From Candidatus Babeliales bacterium (GTDB lineage: Bacteria; Babelota; Babeliae; Babelales; RVW-14), in the NCBI GenBank assembly GCA_019746485.1, contig JAIERW010000001.1:118718-182717 (forward strand): a DNA stretch of 64,000 nucleotides. The letters run 5' to 3'. The notes under the pieces were generated by a model. It was not told the DNA's origin and made no database searches. It worked only from the letters and a program-made list of their open reading frames with translations. A program made the position numbers and the translations under genes. Below, piece after piece: positions 1 through 9,898 of the stretch (the stretch's first letter is position 1; every line of letters begins with the position of its first letter).

Positions 1-866
1 CGCCATCCTTGCCATACACGTGAAAAATCAGTAGGAACAACATCTGCGTTAAAATTATAGCACCAGGTATTGCGCACATAACCAATAGTTGAGTTAAAGT
101 AGGGAATATTTTTTCTAGCAGCTATTATCTTTATAATAGACCACGGATAATAAAAACTACCATTGGAATAAATAACATCAGGATTAATATCATCAAGCGC
201 CTTATTTAAGGCCTCAATCATCAGAATAATATTAAATAAATATGCTCTTAACTTTTTTTCATAATTAATAACACATTCAATGTCTCCAACAAGCTCATTA
301 TTTTTTATAATATCTATAATCCACCTTCCAACAGGCATGGCATCATAATTCCAGCTTGCATAATCAGCAAGGTTATAGATTTCTACTGTTTGACGCACAA
401 TATTTTTTTGATTTTCAGAAATATACTGACTCAGCTCAAATGGAACAATATTAAGCCACTGTTGCCACAATTCAGTATCTGCTTCTTGAACAAGTTTGCT
501 ATTTTTTTCAAATTGTTTTCGGTTATGCTCTGGGTTATCATTATAACTCCCCCAAATACCTCCCAAAACACTCGTCTCTCCTTCCTGAACGACGCCCTCA
601 ACCAACGCGACTACCTTTGCTCCACGCAGTTTAAGCGCCTGAGCCAACATCCAATCATGGATACGATTCACTTCGCAGAAGGAAAATGAAAGTGCAAATA
701 AAATTTTTTGCTGCTTTTTCTCAAGTGATGGAATTTTTTTTACTAATGCATCAACCTGTTGATTAATTTTTTGAATCGATCTGCGTAATTGAGAACGCTT
801 TCGACTACGAAAAAATATCCTAATTCTCTTTTTTGCACCTAAAAAATTATCTTTTATTCCAAACAT
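1..866 (-). CDS. Capsular polysaccharide biosynthesis-like protein, 3'-partial (runs off the left edge)
   Basis: Own translation from ATG 866 (MFGIKDNFLG...LAQALKLRGAKV...NPDVIISNGSFY) stays open to the window edge; motif resembles ALALRLRGVNV of the neighbouring 553-aa gene. Confidence 0.65.
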   Translation of the reverse strand, partial: MFGIKDNFLGAKKRIRIFFRSRKRSQLRRSIQKINQQVDALVKKIPSLEKKQQKILFALSFSFCEVNRIHDWMLAQALKLRGAKVVALVEGVVQEGETSVLGGIWGSYNDNPEHNRKQFEKNSKLVQEADTELWQQWLNIVPFELSQYISENQKNIVRQTVEIYNLADYASWNYDAMPVGRWIIDIIKNNELVGDIECVINYEKKLRAYLFNIILMIEALNKALDDINPDVIYSNGSFYYPWSIIKIIAARKNIPYFNSTIGYVRNTWCYNFNADVVPTDFSRVWQGW

Positions 867-894
867 TACGCTCTCTTACTGCTCTTTTTTTCTA

Positions 895-2556
895 TTAATC
901 AAATACCTTGAACCATTTTTCAACCAAAGCATCATCCATAACAAAGTCTCGGCCAGCCATAATACTATCACAAATAAAATCGATAAAAGCGTTATTCCCA
1001 GGCAAGAGCATATCTGCTTGATCAAAGCGAAAATAACGATTTTTTGAGTGCTCTACAATGTCAAAAGGAATTTGACGTTGCAAAAAAAAGCAATAAGCAT
1101 ATTGACGCGCTAGATTTCTTTCAGCTTCGGTAAGTAAAGGTATATCTGAAACACGTCTTAAAAAATCTTGATAATCTTTTTTGGTAAACGAATCGCACGT
1201 AAATCCTTTTTGACCATAATGAGCTTGGCCGGCAAGGATAACAGGCTTACCCATTAATAAAAGCTCAAGACCAGGAGTTCCACAAACCGTAACCGCACCA
1301 TCAATGAGTTGATAAAAATTGAGAGGGCTTATTTCATCATGCATAGAAATTATCTTTATATGGTTTGGCAATGATGGAAAATTCTTTAGAATAAAACGCT
1401 CAAGACCACTCAAAGGATTTTCCCAAGCTTCGGCAGGATGAATTTTTATTAACCACGTGACATCAACAATTGAACTAATTTGAACAATTGTATCAAAAAT
1501 CCACTCACTAAAGTCCTCATATGGCATAGGAACATAATCACCAACATTATCCCAATTAATGTGACAAAAAATACCCCAAACCGGCTTGCTTTGATCTATT
1601 TTATAACGCTCTTTCAACATTTGAATATCATCTTGATAAACGCCAAATGACTTCATATCAAAACTTATTTGCTTCTTATAACGATTCGACAAAAATTGAT
1701 CCAACCGTTTTTTTTCAACTTCCATCAAAGAAAGAGACTTGCGTTGCTGCCACGTTTCTGCACTAATACTGTAAAAATCGATCGGCTCACTAGTAATATG
1801 CTTGAAGTAAAATTGATACGGCATATATGAAGACATCCAAGCAGTAACAGAAATATTTTGCGACAACGCGTTATGTAAAGCAGGACCCCAATCAACATAA
1901 GTACCATGAGACATGAACAACTGCTTTGGTTTATAACTTTTTATCGCAGCACGAGACGCTGCAGCCACAAGCAACCCCGCATAAGCATAATCGACTAAAA
2001 CATCAACCCGTTCCTTAATGTCGTGGCCACGAGAATAACGAATAAGTGCTGATAAAATATTTTTCCCAATATTTACACCCTCATATATCAAATCACCAAC
2101 GGTATCCCAGGTAACAGTCTTGGCCTGATCAAAAAGAAAAGCTCGGTCATCATCAGTAATAAAATCTCCAATAAATGAATATGACAAACCAAGCGTATCG
2201 ATGACCGATGCACATGATTGCTTGCAATCACTGCATCGTTTTTCTTTTTTTGAACATTGATAGTCCTGAAAAACTTCGCGCCGCACACAAGCAGGCAATG
2301 TACCATCACAAATAACTAAATGAACGTTTACACCGCGAAGACGAAGGGCAAGGGCAACAGCTCCTTCAATATTAAGCAACAAAGACATACCACCAGTAAC
2401 CCAAAAAAGCACTCGCTCAGATTTTTCTGTAACGGGTATTGCCAGAAGATTCTTATAAAGATTTGCTATCTGAGTTCGTTTATATTTTTTTTTTTGATAG
2501 TCATCCAAAACAATAGAGGCTCTCTTCTTAAGTCCCAAGATCTTGCTAAAAATCAT
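895..2556 (-). CDS. Capsular polysaccharide biosynthesis protein (KpsC/KpsS-like, GT-B type), candidate nonulosonate transferase
   Basis: LIKIHPAE and TVCGTPGLELLLMGKPVILAG motifs; located in the nonulosonate cluster. Confidence 0.7.
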   Translation of the reverse strand: MIFSKILGLKKRASIVLDDYQKKKYKRTQIANLYKNLLAIPVTEKSERVLFWVTGGMSLLLNIEGAVALALRLRGVNVHLVICDGTLPACVRREVFQDYQCSKKEKRCSDCKQSCASVIDTLGLSYSFIGDFITDDDRAFLFDQAKTVTWDTVGDLIYEGVNIGKNILSALIRYSRGHDIKERVDVLVDYAYAGLLVAAASRAAIKSYKPKQLFMSHGTYVDWGPALHNALSQNISVTAWMSSYMPYQFYFKHITSEPIDFYSISAETWQQRKSLSLMEVEKKRLDQFLSNRYKKQISFDMKSFGVYQDDIQMLKERYKIDQSKPVWGIFCHINWDNVGDYVPMPYEDFSEWIFDTIVQISSIVDVTWLIKIHPAEAWENPLSGLERFILKNFPSLPNHIKIISMHDEISPLNFYQLIDGAVTVCGTPGLELLLMGKPVILAGQAHYGQKGFTCDSFTKKDYQDFLRRVSDIPLLTEAERNLARQYAYCFFLQRQIPFDIVEHSKNRYFRFDQADMLLPGNNAFIDFICDSIMAGRDFVMDDALVEKWFKVFD

Positions 2557-3965
2557 AGAGAAACCTCTGAGTAATCAGCTTTGTTTTTTATTGCATTTTT
2601 AAGTGTCGGATTGGTTGAAGCAGGAAGTAAGCCCAATGAAACAAGATGGTCAATAAAAGTGAACAAATAAAGATCTTGATAACGACGCGCAAAAAGCTGT
2701 ATACCAAAAGGCAATCCTGAAGGCGCGGTAAAAACAGGCGCACTCACAACAGGAACATAGGTCATAGTCCACATCAACGCAGGATCAGGCAACTCTATTT
2801 CATCACGCAAAGGCGCCTGCCCTGCGGTGCTCAACGAAATAAGAACATCATATTCTTCAAAAACACTATCAACCAACTTAACCATTTCGCATTGCTGAGC
2901 TAATGCTTGTTGATAATCTTGCGGAGTAATTGTTAGACCATCTTCAATCAACTCAGCCATTCTATCAGACACCAATTCTCTTTGTTTGAATTCTTCTTGA
3001 AAATAGTATGCCAAGGATCTGTTATAAATTATTCGGTGAACGTCATGAGCATTACTCAACTGCTCAGATAGCTTAAGTTCTTCAACTTCAACACCATGCC
3101 CAGCAGCCAGTTTTTGTATCCAATTAATCATAGCTTCTTGAGCATAATCGTAAGCATAATTCCAGGTATGGGTACGCACAAAACCTACACGCCATGGCTT
3201 ACTACGAGGCGCTTCTGGTACATGATAGTTATCCAAAGCAGCATCAATAAATGGATAATCTTTACCAGAAACTCTTAGAGCATTTAAAACACTCGCCAAG
3301 TCATGTGCATGACTCACAAAAAAACCTACAGAATCAAGCGTGTCAGCAGTTTTTAAAATGCCTGTGCGCGGAATAAGCCCAAACGATGGCTTAACACCGT
3401 AAACACCACAAAAACTTGCTGGCCTTACAATTGAACCTGCCGTTTGTGTACCAAGTGCAACAGGAAGCATACCTGTTGCCACGGCAACTGCAGAACCACT
3501 TGATGACGTTCCGGGGGAAAAGGCAGCATGATGAGGATTGTTAGTTTTGCTCAACGCATGCACACCAAATTCAGCAGATGAAGTTTTGCCTGGCATTATG
3601 CCACCAGCACGCTCAACATGATACACAACACGTGCATCATTTCCTGGAAAAAAACCTTGCCACAAAGCACTTCCCATTTGCGTCTGAAAGCGCGTAGTAT
3701 TCATAATATCTTTTATACCAACAGGAATGCCTTCAAACGCCCTCAGCTGTCTCCTTTGAATATTTTCTCGCGCTAATCGAGCTTGTTGTAAAAAATATTC
3801 TGCGTCAAAATGTTCCCAGGCATGCAATATTGTATCAGTACTTTGTACAAAGCGAATAATTGACTCAGCAACATAAACAGGATCCAAAAGCTTATCGCGG
3901 TAAGCCTGAAGAGTTTGCTGAATACTATAATCTAAAAAAAAACCATGTTGCATAGTAACCACCAA
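2553..3965 (-). CDS. Amidase-signature family protein (GatA-like)
   Basis: GIPVGIKD, PGTSSSGSAVAVA and LGTQTAGSIVRPASFCGVYGVKPS give the Lys-Ser-Ser triad. Confidence 0.9.
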   Translation of the reverse strand: MVVTMQHGFFLDYSIQQTLQAYRDKLLDPVYVAESIIRFVQSTDTILHAWEHFDAEYFLQQARLARENIQRRQLRAFEGIPVGIKDIMNTTRFQTQMGSALWQGFFPGNDARVVYHVERAGGIMPGKTSSAEFGVHALSKTNNPHHAAFSPGTSSSGSAVAVATGMLPVALGTQTAGSIVRPASFCGVYGVKPSFGLIPRTGILKTADTLDSVGFFVSHAHDLASVLNALRVSGKDYPFIDAALDNYHVPEAPRSKPWRVGFVRTHTWNYAYDYAQEAMINWIQKLAAGHGVEVEELKLSEQLSNAHDVHRIIYNRSLAYYFQEEFKQRELVSDRMAELIEDGLTITPQDYQQALAQQCEMVKLVDSVFEEYDVLISLSTAGQAPLRDEIELPDPALMWTMTYVPVVSAPVFTAPSGLPFGIQLFARRYQDLYLFTFIDHLVSLGLLPASTNPTLKNAIKNKADYSEVSL

Positions 3966-3967
3966 TT

Positions 3968-5158
3968 CTAAAGGTTTTCTTTATTGGTTTTTTCAATCAA
4001 CTCTTCCACAAACGGTTTAATTGATTTTCTCTGTTCTTTGCTTTTAAAATTAATTGGCATGGCAATTTTCCCCAGTTTTTTTAGACGATGACCTTCCATA
4101 ATTTTATGAAATTCATCTTCTGTCAGGCCAGTAATTTTTAAATAATAATCGAGCGCATCGGGCCGCAAGGAATCATGTTTTTTGGCCAATTCAAAACCTT
4201 CTTCACGCGTCAACAACCCTGCTCGCACATCTACGCTCGCGTGAAAAGTCCCACGACCATAACCACGCTTGAGATAACAGGTAAAGTCGTGAACCCCTGG
4301 CATAATGCACTCAGCACTTTTATAGCGCTTATAAGTACCATCAATATTGGTTTCTTTCCAGGCATAGTTATCACGCACAAACTCCATTTGGCGCTCATCA
4401 TCCCAAAAAATGTAATCGCCCAAATGAATACCATGAACGCCAACTTTTAAGCATTCTTCTGGTGTAGGATTTTTGAATGGTGCCATATCTTTCATCGTCA
4501 AGTAATCACACACCATTTCTTCAGGTTTGCGCTTGGCAGAAACAGAAAGAAAATAATCTTTATCAAACTGCAAACGCTTACATTTGTATGAAGCACGTCC
4601 CGACGACTCAGATATCGATTCACCCCAAATAAGCAATGGAATTTTGTAAGCAACCGCTACTTGCAACGGAAAAGCCCCAACGCCAGCATGACAATGCCAA
4701 CAAGCATCACCAATAGCTTCAAGCGACCGACGAGCAGTACGGTTTACCAAACTACGATTTGGCGTAAACATAATGTGATCAACATTAAATTTTTCAAGTG
4801 AATTCAAAAGATTGTACATACCCGTACCACTAAACCAATTGTGGCTAAAAGTAACTGCCAAAGGCTTCATGCCGTAAACTTTGGTAAGCACATGAAGCTG
4901 AAAGGTACTATCTTTACCCCCGCTAATGGGAATTATACAATCATAGTTATCGCCAGATTTTGCTTTGGCATCTTCCAAGATTACTCTTAAATCTTTTTCA
5001 CGTTCAGCCCAATTAATATGCATCTTTTCTTCAGATGAACGACAAGCCTGGCAAATGCCCATTTCATCAAAATCAACGCCTTCTTGCGTTTCTGGAATAC
5101 AGCAACGAACGCAATATTGTAAATGTTGAAAAGGAGGAGTATTTTTTTGATCGTTCAT
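3968..5158 (-). CDS. N-acetyl sugar amidotransferase (PseA/WbuX family)
   Basis: N-terminal YCVRC..CQAC, PP-loop YDCIIPISGGKDS, DACWHCHAG, WGE and KSAEC motifs. Confidence 0.88.
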   Translation of the reverse strand: MNDQKNTPPFQHLQYCVRCCIPETQEGVDFDEMGICQACRSSEEKMHINWAEREKDLRVILEDAKAKSGDNYDCIIPISGGKDSTFQLHVLTKVYGMKPLAVTFSHNWFSGTGMYNLLNSLEKFNVDHIMFTPNRSLVNRTARRSLEAIGDACWHCHAGVGAFPLQVAVAYKIPLLIWGESISESSGRASYKCKRLQFDKDYFLSVSAKRKPEEMVCDYLTMKDMAPFKNPTPEECLKVGVHGIHLGDYIFWDDERQMEFVRDNYAWKETNIDGTYKRYKSAECIMPGVHDFTCYLKRGYGRGTFHASVDVRAGLLTREEGFELAKKHDSLRPDALDYYLKITGLTEDEFHKIMEGHRLKKLGKIAMPINFKSKEQRKSIKPFVEELIEKTNKENL

Positions 5159-5169
5159 AATGTTTCTTT

Positions 5170-5751
5170 CTAAAAAACAGTAGCACCCTGCACTACTGTT
5201 TGGTTAAATCTCGCAAGAAATTCTTCACGTAGAACGCCATAGTCAATAATGTCAACAAACTGCCCATGCTTAAATAAAGCTTGTCGGCGAGTCCCTTCTT
5301 CTTTCATCATCAAATGACCCGCTAACTTTTGCATCGCAACATTATTAACAGACGTTCCACAGTATACTCTGTGCAAATTAAGTTCCAAAAAACCATGCTT
5401 CAAAAGCATCATTGAAGCTTCTTTAGCATAGCCTTTCCCCCACGAATTTTTATCACCCAAAATAATGGCATACTCAGCACTTCTGCTAATATAATTAATA
5501 TTTTGCAAGGCAATATTTCCAATATGTTTATCATTATCTTTACGAACAATAGCACATACCAAAAAGGCTGGGTTTGCGGTTACCAAATCGAGATAACTCT
5601 GTGCAGCTTTTTTCCCGTAAGGAAAAACGTGATGCGAATTAAAACGACACACATCAGCATCGTTAAGCCAAGCAATATAATCACCATCTAAATCTTGCTC
5701 GCATAAACCACGCAAATAAATTTTTTCACTAATTAAAAAGGGGGTTTTCAT
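5170..5751 (-). CDS. GNAT (RimJ/PseH-like) N-acetyltransferase
   Basis: HIGNIAL, WGKGYAKEA, LELNLHRVY motifs; start 5751 forms an ATGA overlap with the upstream gene's stop. Confidence 0.85.
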   Translation of the reverse strand: MKTPFLISEKIYLRGLCEQDLDGDYIAWLNDADVCRFNSHHVFPYGKKAAQSYLDLVTANPAFLVCAIVRKDNDKHIGNIALQNINYISRSAEYAIILGDKNSWGKGYAKEASMMLLKHGFLELNLHRVYCGTSVNNVAMQKLAGHLMMKEEGTRRQALFKHGQFVDIIDYGVLREEFLARFNQTVVQGATVF

Positions 5752-7094
5752 AATAATTTTCTGTTCTCCCAAACTTTTTCAAAAGCGTGAAAAACATCGT
5801 CCAAGTCTTGCTTAGTCATACCAGAACGCATAAGTTCATGAACAATCAACTCGTTGTTGTGCATGCGCTCAGTAACTGGACATATACCTGGAGCATAGGA
5901 AGTTTCGGTACCCTTTGGTTGTAAGCTCCATGGATAACTTGAGGTGCCATACACCTGCTTTTTTTGATATATCGATTGAAGATACAGTGGCTTAACATAT
6001 CCAGCATTAACTTTAACGCCTTCGGTTTCACGCCACTCCGTCACTTCAAGTTCAGCTTTCACGGCATTAACAAATGCATTGCGAGAAACTCCCGCCACAC
6101 ATTCATCAAATTTTATAGCGTGAAGGTAATAAGCATGCGTACAATCTTTACGAATCTTTGGCATGGTTAGCGCAGGAATAGACGTTAATCTTTTTTCTAG
6201 ATAATGAACATTTTCAACACGTGCCTCAACAAGCGGATTTAAATGCTTAACCAAAACGAGGCCTATCGCTGCTTGCATTTCAGTCAAACGATAGTTAAAA
6301 CCAATCATGTTGGTAAAATGAGCATCACCTTTTGCATCAATCACCGCTTCAGCATGATTACGAATAAGCCGCAATCGCTCAGCTAATTCGTCGTTATCAG
6401 TTACCACTACACCACCCTCGCCGGTATGAATATGCTTATGATAATTAAGCGAATAAACACCCATATCGCCTAACGTGCCAGCACTTTTGTTTTTATAGAA
6501 CGCACCTGGCGCCTGCGCGCAATCTTCAATCACGAGCAGCTTGTGCTTGCGTGCAAGCTCATTAACTGCCTGAGTATCGTAAGGCAAGCCAAAAAGATCA
6601 ACTATGATAATCGCTTTAGTGCGCGACGTAATGCGTTGCTCAATTGATGCAACATCGAGACAAAAATAATCTTTTTCTATGTCTGCAAAAACAGGAATTG
6701 CATTATATACCAGCGGTGCCACTGCAGAAGCCGACATACTAAAAGGTGTTACAATAATTTCATCGCCCGGCTCAATACCAGCAGCACCAACAGCAGCGTA
6801 CAAACCAGAGGTTGCAGAATTTACTGCTATGGCATGTTTAACGCCAAAATGAGCTGCCCATGCCTCTTCAAAAGCACGAACCTGAGGCCCCCCGTAAAAA
6901 TCTTGGTGCCAGGAGCCAAGGTAGCGAGAAAGCACACCGGATCGTAAAACTTTCGATACAGCATCTTCAACTTCTTGATCAATCAACAAATACGGAGGAA
7001 ATTTTTTTGTTCGAATTTTTTGACCACCATGCACAGCCAGTGGCGATATAGCTTTGTATGCTTTTATTTTTTGCAATACTTGAACGTCATTCAT
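5748..7094 (-). CDS. DegT/DnrJ/EryC1/StrS PLP-dependent sugar aminotransferase (PseC-like)
   Basis: AVNSATSGL, VIEDCAQAPG, SLNYHKHIHTGEGG, GFNYRLTEMQAAIG. Confidence 0.92.
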   Translation of the reverse strand: MNDVQVLQKIKAYKAISPLAVHGGQKIRTKKFPPYLLIDQEVEDAVSKVLRSGVLSRYLGSWHQDFYGGPQVRAFEEAWAAHFGVKHAIAVNSATSGLYAAVGAAGIEPGDEIIVTPFSMSASAVAPLVYNAIPVFADIEKDYFCLDVASIEQRITSRTKAIIIVDLFGLPYDTQAVNELARKHKLLVIEDCAQAPGAFYKNKSAGTLGDMGVYSLNYHKHIHTGEGGVVVTDNDELAERLRLIRNHAEAVIDAKGDAHFTNMIGFNYRLTEMQAAIGLVLVKHLNPLVEARVENVHYLEKRLTSIPALTMPKIRKDCTHAYYLHAIKFDECVAGVSRNAFVNAVKAELEVTEWRETEGVKVNAGYVKPLYLQSIYQKKQVYGTSSYPWSLQPKGTETSYAPGICPVTERMHNNELIVHELMRSGMTKQDLDDVFHAFEKVWENRKLL

Positions 7095-8235
7095 CTCTCA
7101 TCTCTCCCCAGAGCAACGAATCTATAACGTGTGCAACATGCCCTGCTGCCTGCTGAATAACTAAAAAATCAGTCACAGGCATGGCTCCCTGATGCATTAC
7201 TACTGCCTGTAATGTAGCGAATAATTCCGTTTTATCCAAGATCGTTTTTATAAAATTACGACGAGAAAGAACAAAAGGATCTTGAGTCTTAAGCCCTATT
7301 TGCACGCTCAAGATAGGTATATCAAGCAAAGCAGCTTCCAAAAGAAACATTGAAGACATCCCACACACCACGTCAGACATCAGCATCGCTTCAGTCCCAG
7401 AAACATCACTTTGAACAACTATTTTGAGCAAAGATTCTTGATGCGACGCAACAAGATTATGGTAATACAAAAGATCTTCTTTGGGGTGTGGCCGTATTGC
7501 CAAGACAATTTTTTTTTGAGTGCTGTTGGCAAGTACAGTCAATGCATCAAGTATCTGCTGCAAAATTGTTTGCTCGGTATACCCAAGATAATCAGCGTCT
7601 TTAAAAATAAGAGAAAATGGCTCAGACGCAAAGGTAATAAGCGTATCTATATCACCATACAAAAATTTTTTAAGAGCTAAAATGTTCTCTTGCAACAATG
7701 TTTTTTTTCTTTTCTGAACAAGATCAAAATATGGCTGCCCGGTAACAACAACACGACTGCTATCAACACCCTCTAACTGCATTTGCGCCTGTGCATAGTC
7801 GTCCATCACACAAATTTTTGAAGGTAAATATGCATGAGTTTTATCTCGCAAATAAAACTCAATTTGGTCAATGCCATAGACAGAAAATCGAATACCATAA
7901 TTCATCCATTGGTCAAGCACAGCACAAGAAGGAATAGTAAGTTTTTCGCAAGCGTGCCAAAGATATTTTTCTGTTTTATCTGTTGCACTGGTACCCGTTA
8001 CCACGATATCTGGTTTTAACTCGGACACAAAATTGATCATTGCCTGCTGGGTAAAATCAGAAACAACAGCAGTTATATCGTTACCATTATAGCCAAACTC
8101 TTGGTAACGCTTGAGCGCAGCATTTTTGCCAAAAAGCACTACCTCATATTTTTTTTTCAGAATATCGATCAATGGAATAATCGTATTCGCCCCACCGGGG
8201 TCATGCGCGAAGAAGAGTATTTTTTTTTGCATCAA
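7087..8235 (-). CDS. GT-B fold protein (glycosyltransferase or UDP-sugar hydrolase-like)
   Basis: FAHDPGGAN, VVVTGQPYFD, IRPHPKE, GMSSMFLLEAALL. Confidence 0.6.
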   Translation of the reverse strand: MMQKKILFFAHDPGGANTIIPLIDILKKKYEVVLFGKNAALKRYQEFGYNGNDITAVVSDFTQQAMINFVSELKPDIVVTGTSATDKTEKYLWHACEKLTIPSCAVLDQWMNYGIRFSVYGIDQIEFYLRDKTHAYLPSKICVMDDYAQAQMQLEGVDSSRVVVTGQPYFDLVQKRKKTLLQENILALKKFLYGDIDTLITFASEPFSLIFKDADYLGYTEQTILQQILDALTVLANSTQKKIVLAIRPHPKEDLLYYHNLVASHQESLLKIVVQSDVSGTEAMLMSDVVCGMSSMFLLEAALLDIPILSVQIGLKTQDPFVLSRRNFIKTILDKTELFATLQAVVMHQGAMPVTDFLVIQQAAGHVAHVIDSLLWGEMRDE

Positions 8236-9181
8236 AGTCCTGCGTACACAACTTCATGACCGTATACGCATCATCAAGAGTGCAACGTAATGGTTGTTGA
8301 TCAGCCAAAAAATGAGCAATATTGTCAGCCGCGCAATATAAAGATTGAGCAAGTGACGAAGAGTACTTATTCATAAGTACAAGATTTGAATAACCTTGAA
8401 ACATAGTATTTGGTTGAACAGCATATTCTTCAATAAAAAAGCCACTGTCTATGATTCTCACACGGCGCTTTTCAAATAAAAAATCCATTTCAAAAATGGT
8501 AAACAGATTACAATCGACTGGTTGTAAAAAAAATGGTGCATCGTAATCTGCCACATGCACTTTTCCCATAATGCTGGGGTCATCATCGTAGCAATCAAAA
8601 ATTTTTTGCATGCAATCAACCACGGTTATGTCGCCCAGCAAAAATCTCACAAAATCAAGCATGTGCGATCCATTATGTAATAAACCCTTGCCATAATGCC
8701 CGGTACCAGCAACAAAACGCCCAAATTCTCCCGCCTGCACTCGTTGCCGTATTTCATGAAATTCAGGCACAAAGCGCCTTGAATAGTTGACCAAAACGGG
8801 AATCCCTACCTGTGCATACAATTGCTTAATTTTATACGCCTGCTCAAGTGTTTTGGTAAGCGGCTTTTCTGCAAAAACAAGTTTAACAGGATAACGTACC
8901 AATTGATTAAGAATATCGTAATGCGTTGGGTCTGGTGTTGCAACACAAACAACGTCAATACTACTCTGCATAAACGCCTGCTCAAGCGATGCAAAAGCTT
9001 GTACGTCCCACCGCTGGGCAGCTTGCACTGCGCGGTTGAAGTCTGCATCAACAAAGCCCACTAATTCAAACATTGCGTGCCTGGAAAATGCATGCGCATG
9101 GGTAAGAATATGGTGATCGCTGGAAGAATCAAAGAAAGCACCTATTCGCCCAGCACCAATAATTAAAACACGATAGTTCAT
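8201..9181 (-). CDS. Gfo/Idh/MocA family oxidoreductase
   Basis: IIGAGRIG, VATPDPTH, FAEKPL, VNYSRRF, HNGSHMLD. Confidence 0.92.
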   Translation of the reverse strand: MNYRVLIIGAGRIGAFFDSSSDHHILTHAHAFSRHAMFELVGFVDADFNRAVQAAQRWDVQAFASLEQAFMQSSIDVVCVATPDPTHYDILNQLVRYPVKLVFAEKPLTKTLEQAYKIKQLYAQVGIPVLVNYSRRFVPEFHEIRQRVQAGEFGRFVAGTGHYGKGLLHNGSHMLDFVRFLLGDITVVDCMQKIFDCYDDDPSIMGKVHVADYDAPFFLQPVDCNLFTIFEMDFLFEKRRVRIIDSGFFIEEYAVQPNTMFQGYSNLVLMNKYSSSLAQSLYCAADNIAHFLADQQPLRCTLDDAYTVMKLCTQDFDAKKNTLLRA

Positions 9182-9886
9182 TTATCCAACAAGATTATTG
9201 ATCACTCTGTATTTTAGTTCTGCAATTTTCCAATCTTCAAGCGAATCGATGTCTTGCACTTCAAGTTCAGAAAGCTTTATTGCCATGGTATTTTTAGCAA
9301 ACAACTGCTTTTGCTCGAGAAGGCTTTGCGATTTCATAAAGTAAAACTGGCCACAATCATGATAAACAGGCTCTAAATCTTGCGAGCGTTTATTATAATT
9401 TTCGGGCCACAACATACTTAATTTATCATCATCAACCCGCACCGCTCGCTGAACCGGGTAGCTAAACCGCACCACCGGCACTACTGAATCAACTTTCGAT
9501 TCAGTAAGCATGGCAAAGCCTTCTTTCAAGCGTTGAGCAGAAACAAAAGGTGCGGTTGGTAAAATGCAGCAAAAATAGGTAAAGTTTTTTCCTTGCTTTT
9601 GATACTCAAGCAAGACCTCTTCAATAACATCGGCCAACATTGCATGATCATCGGCATTGGGCGCAGAGCGAATGAAGGGAACCTGGGCTCCGGCATTTTT
9701 TGCAATACCCGCAATTTCAGCATCATCGGTCGAAACCATAACCTCATCAAAACAGCCAGCTTGCAAAGCAGCTTGAATTGAATAACTGATAATTGGCTGG
9801 CCTAAAAAGGATTTTATATTTTTTCTTGGAATGCGCTTACTACCGCCACGAGCAGGAATAATTGCAACACATGAATGATCACTCAT
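9182..9886 (-). CDS. pseF: Pseudaminic acid (acylneuraminate) cytidylyltransferase
   Basis: AIIPARGGSKRIPRKNIK, VSTDD, RSQDLEPVYHDCGQFY, QDIDSLEDW. Confidence 0.85.
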   Translation of the reverse strand: MSDHSCVAIIPARGGSKRIPRKNIKSFLGQPIISYSIQAALQAGCFDEVMVSTDDAEIAGIAKNAGAQVPFIRSAPNADDHAMLADVIEEVLLEYQKQGKNFTYFCCILPTAPFVSAQRLKEGFAMLTESKVDSVVPVVRFSYPVQRAVRVDDDKLSMLWPENYNKRSQDLEPVYHDCGQFYFMKSQSLLEQKQLFAKNTMAIKLSELEVQDIDSLEDWKIAELKYRVINNLVG

Positions 9887-9898
9887 TACACAATACCT

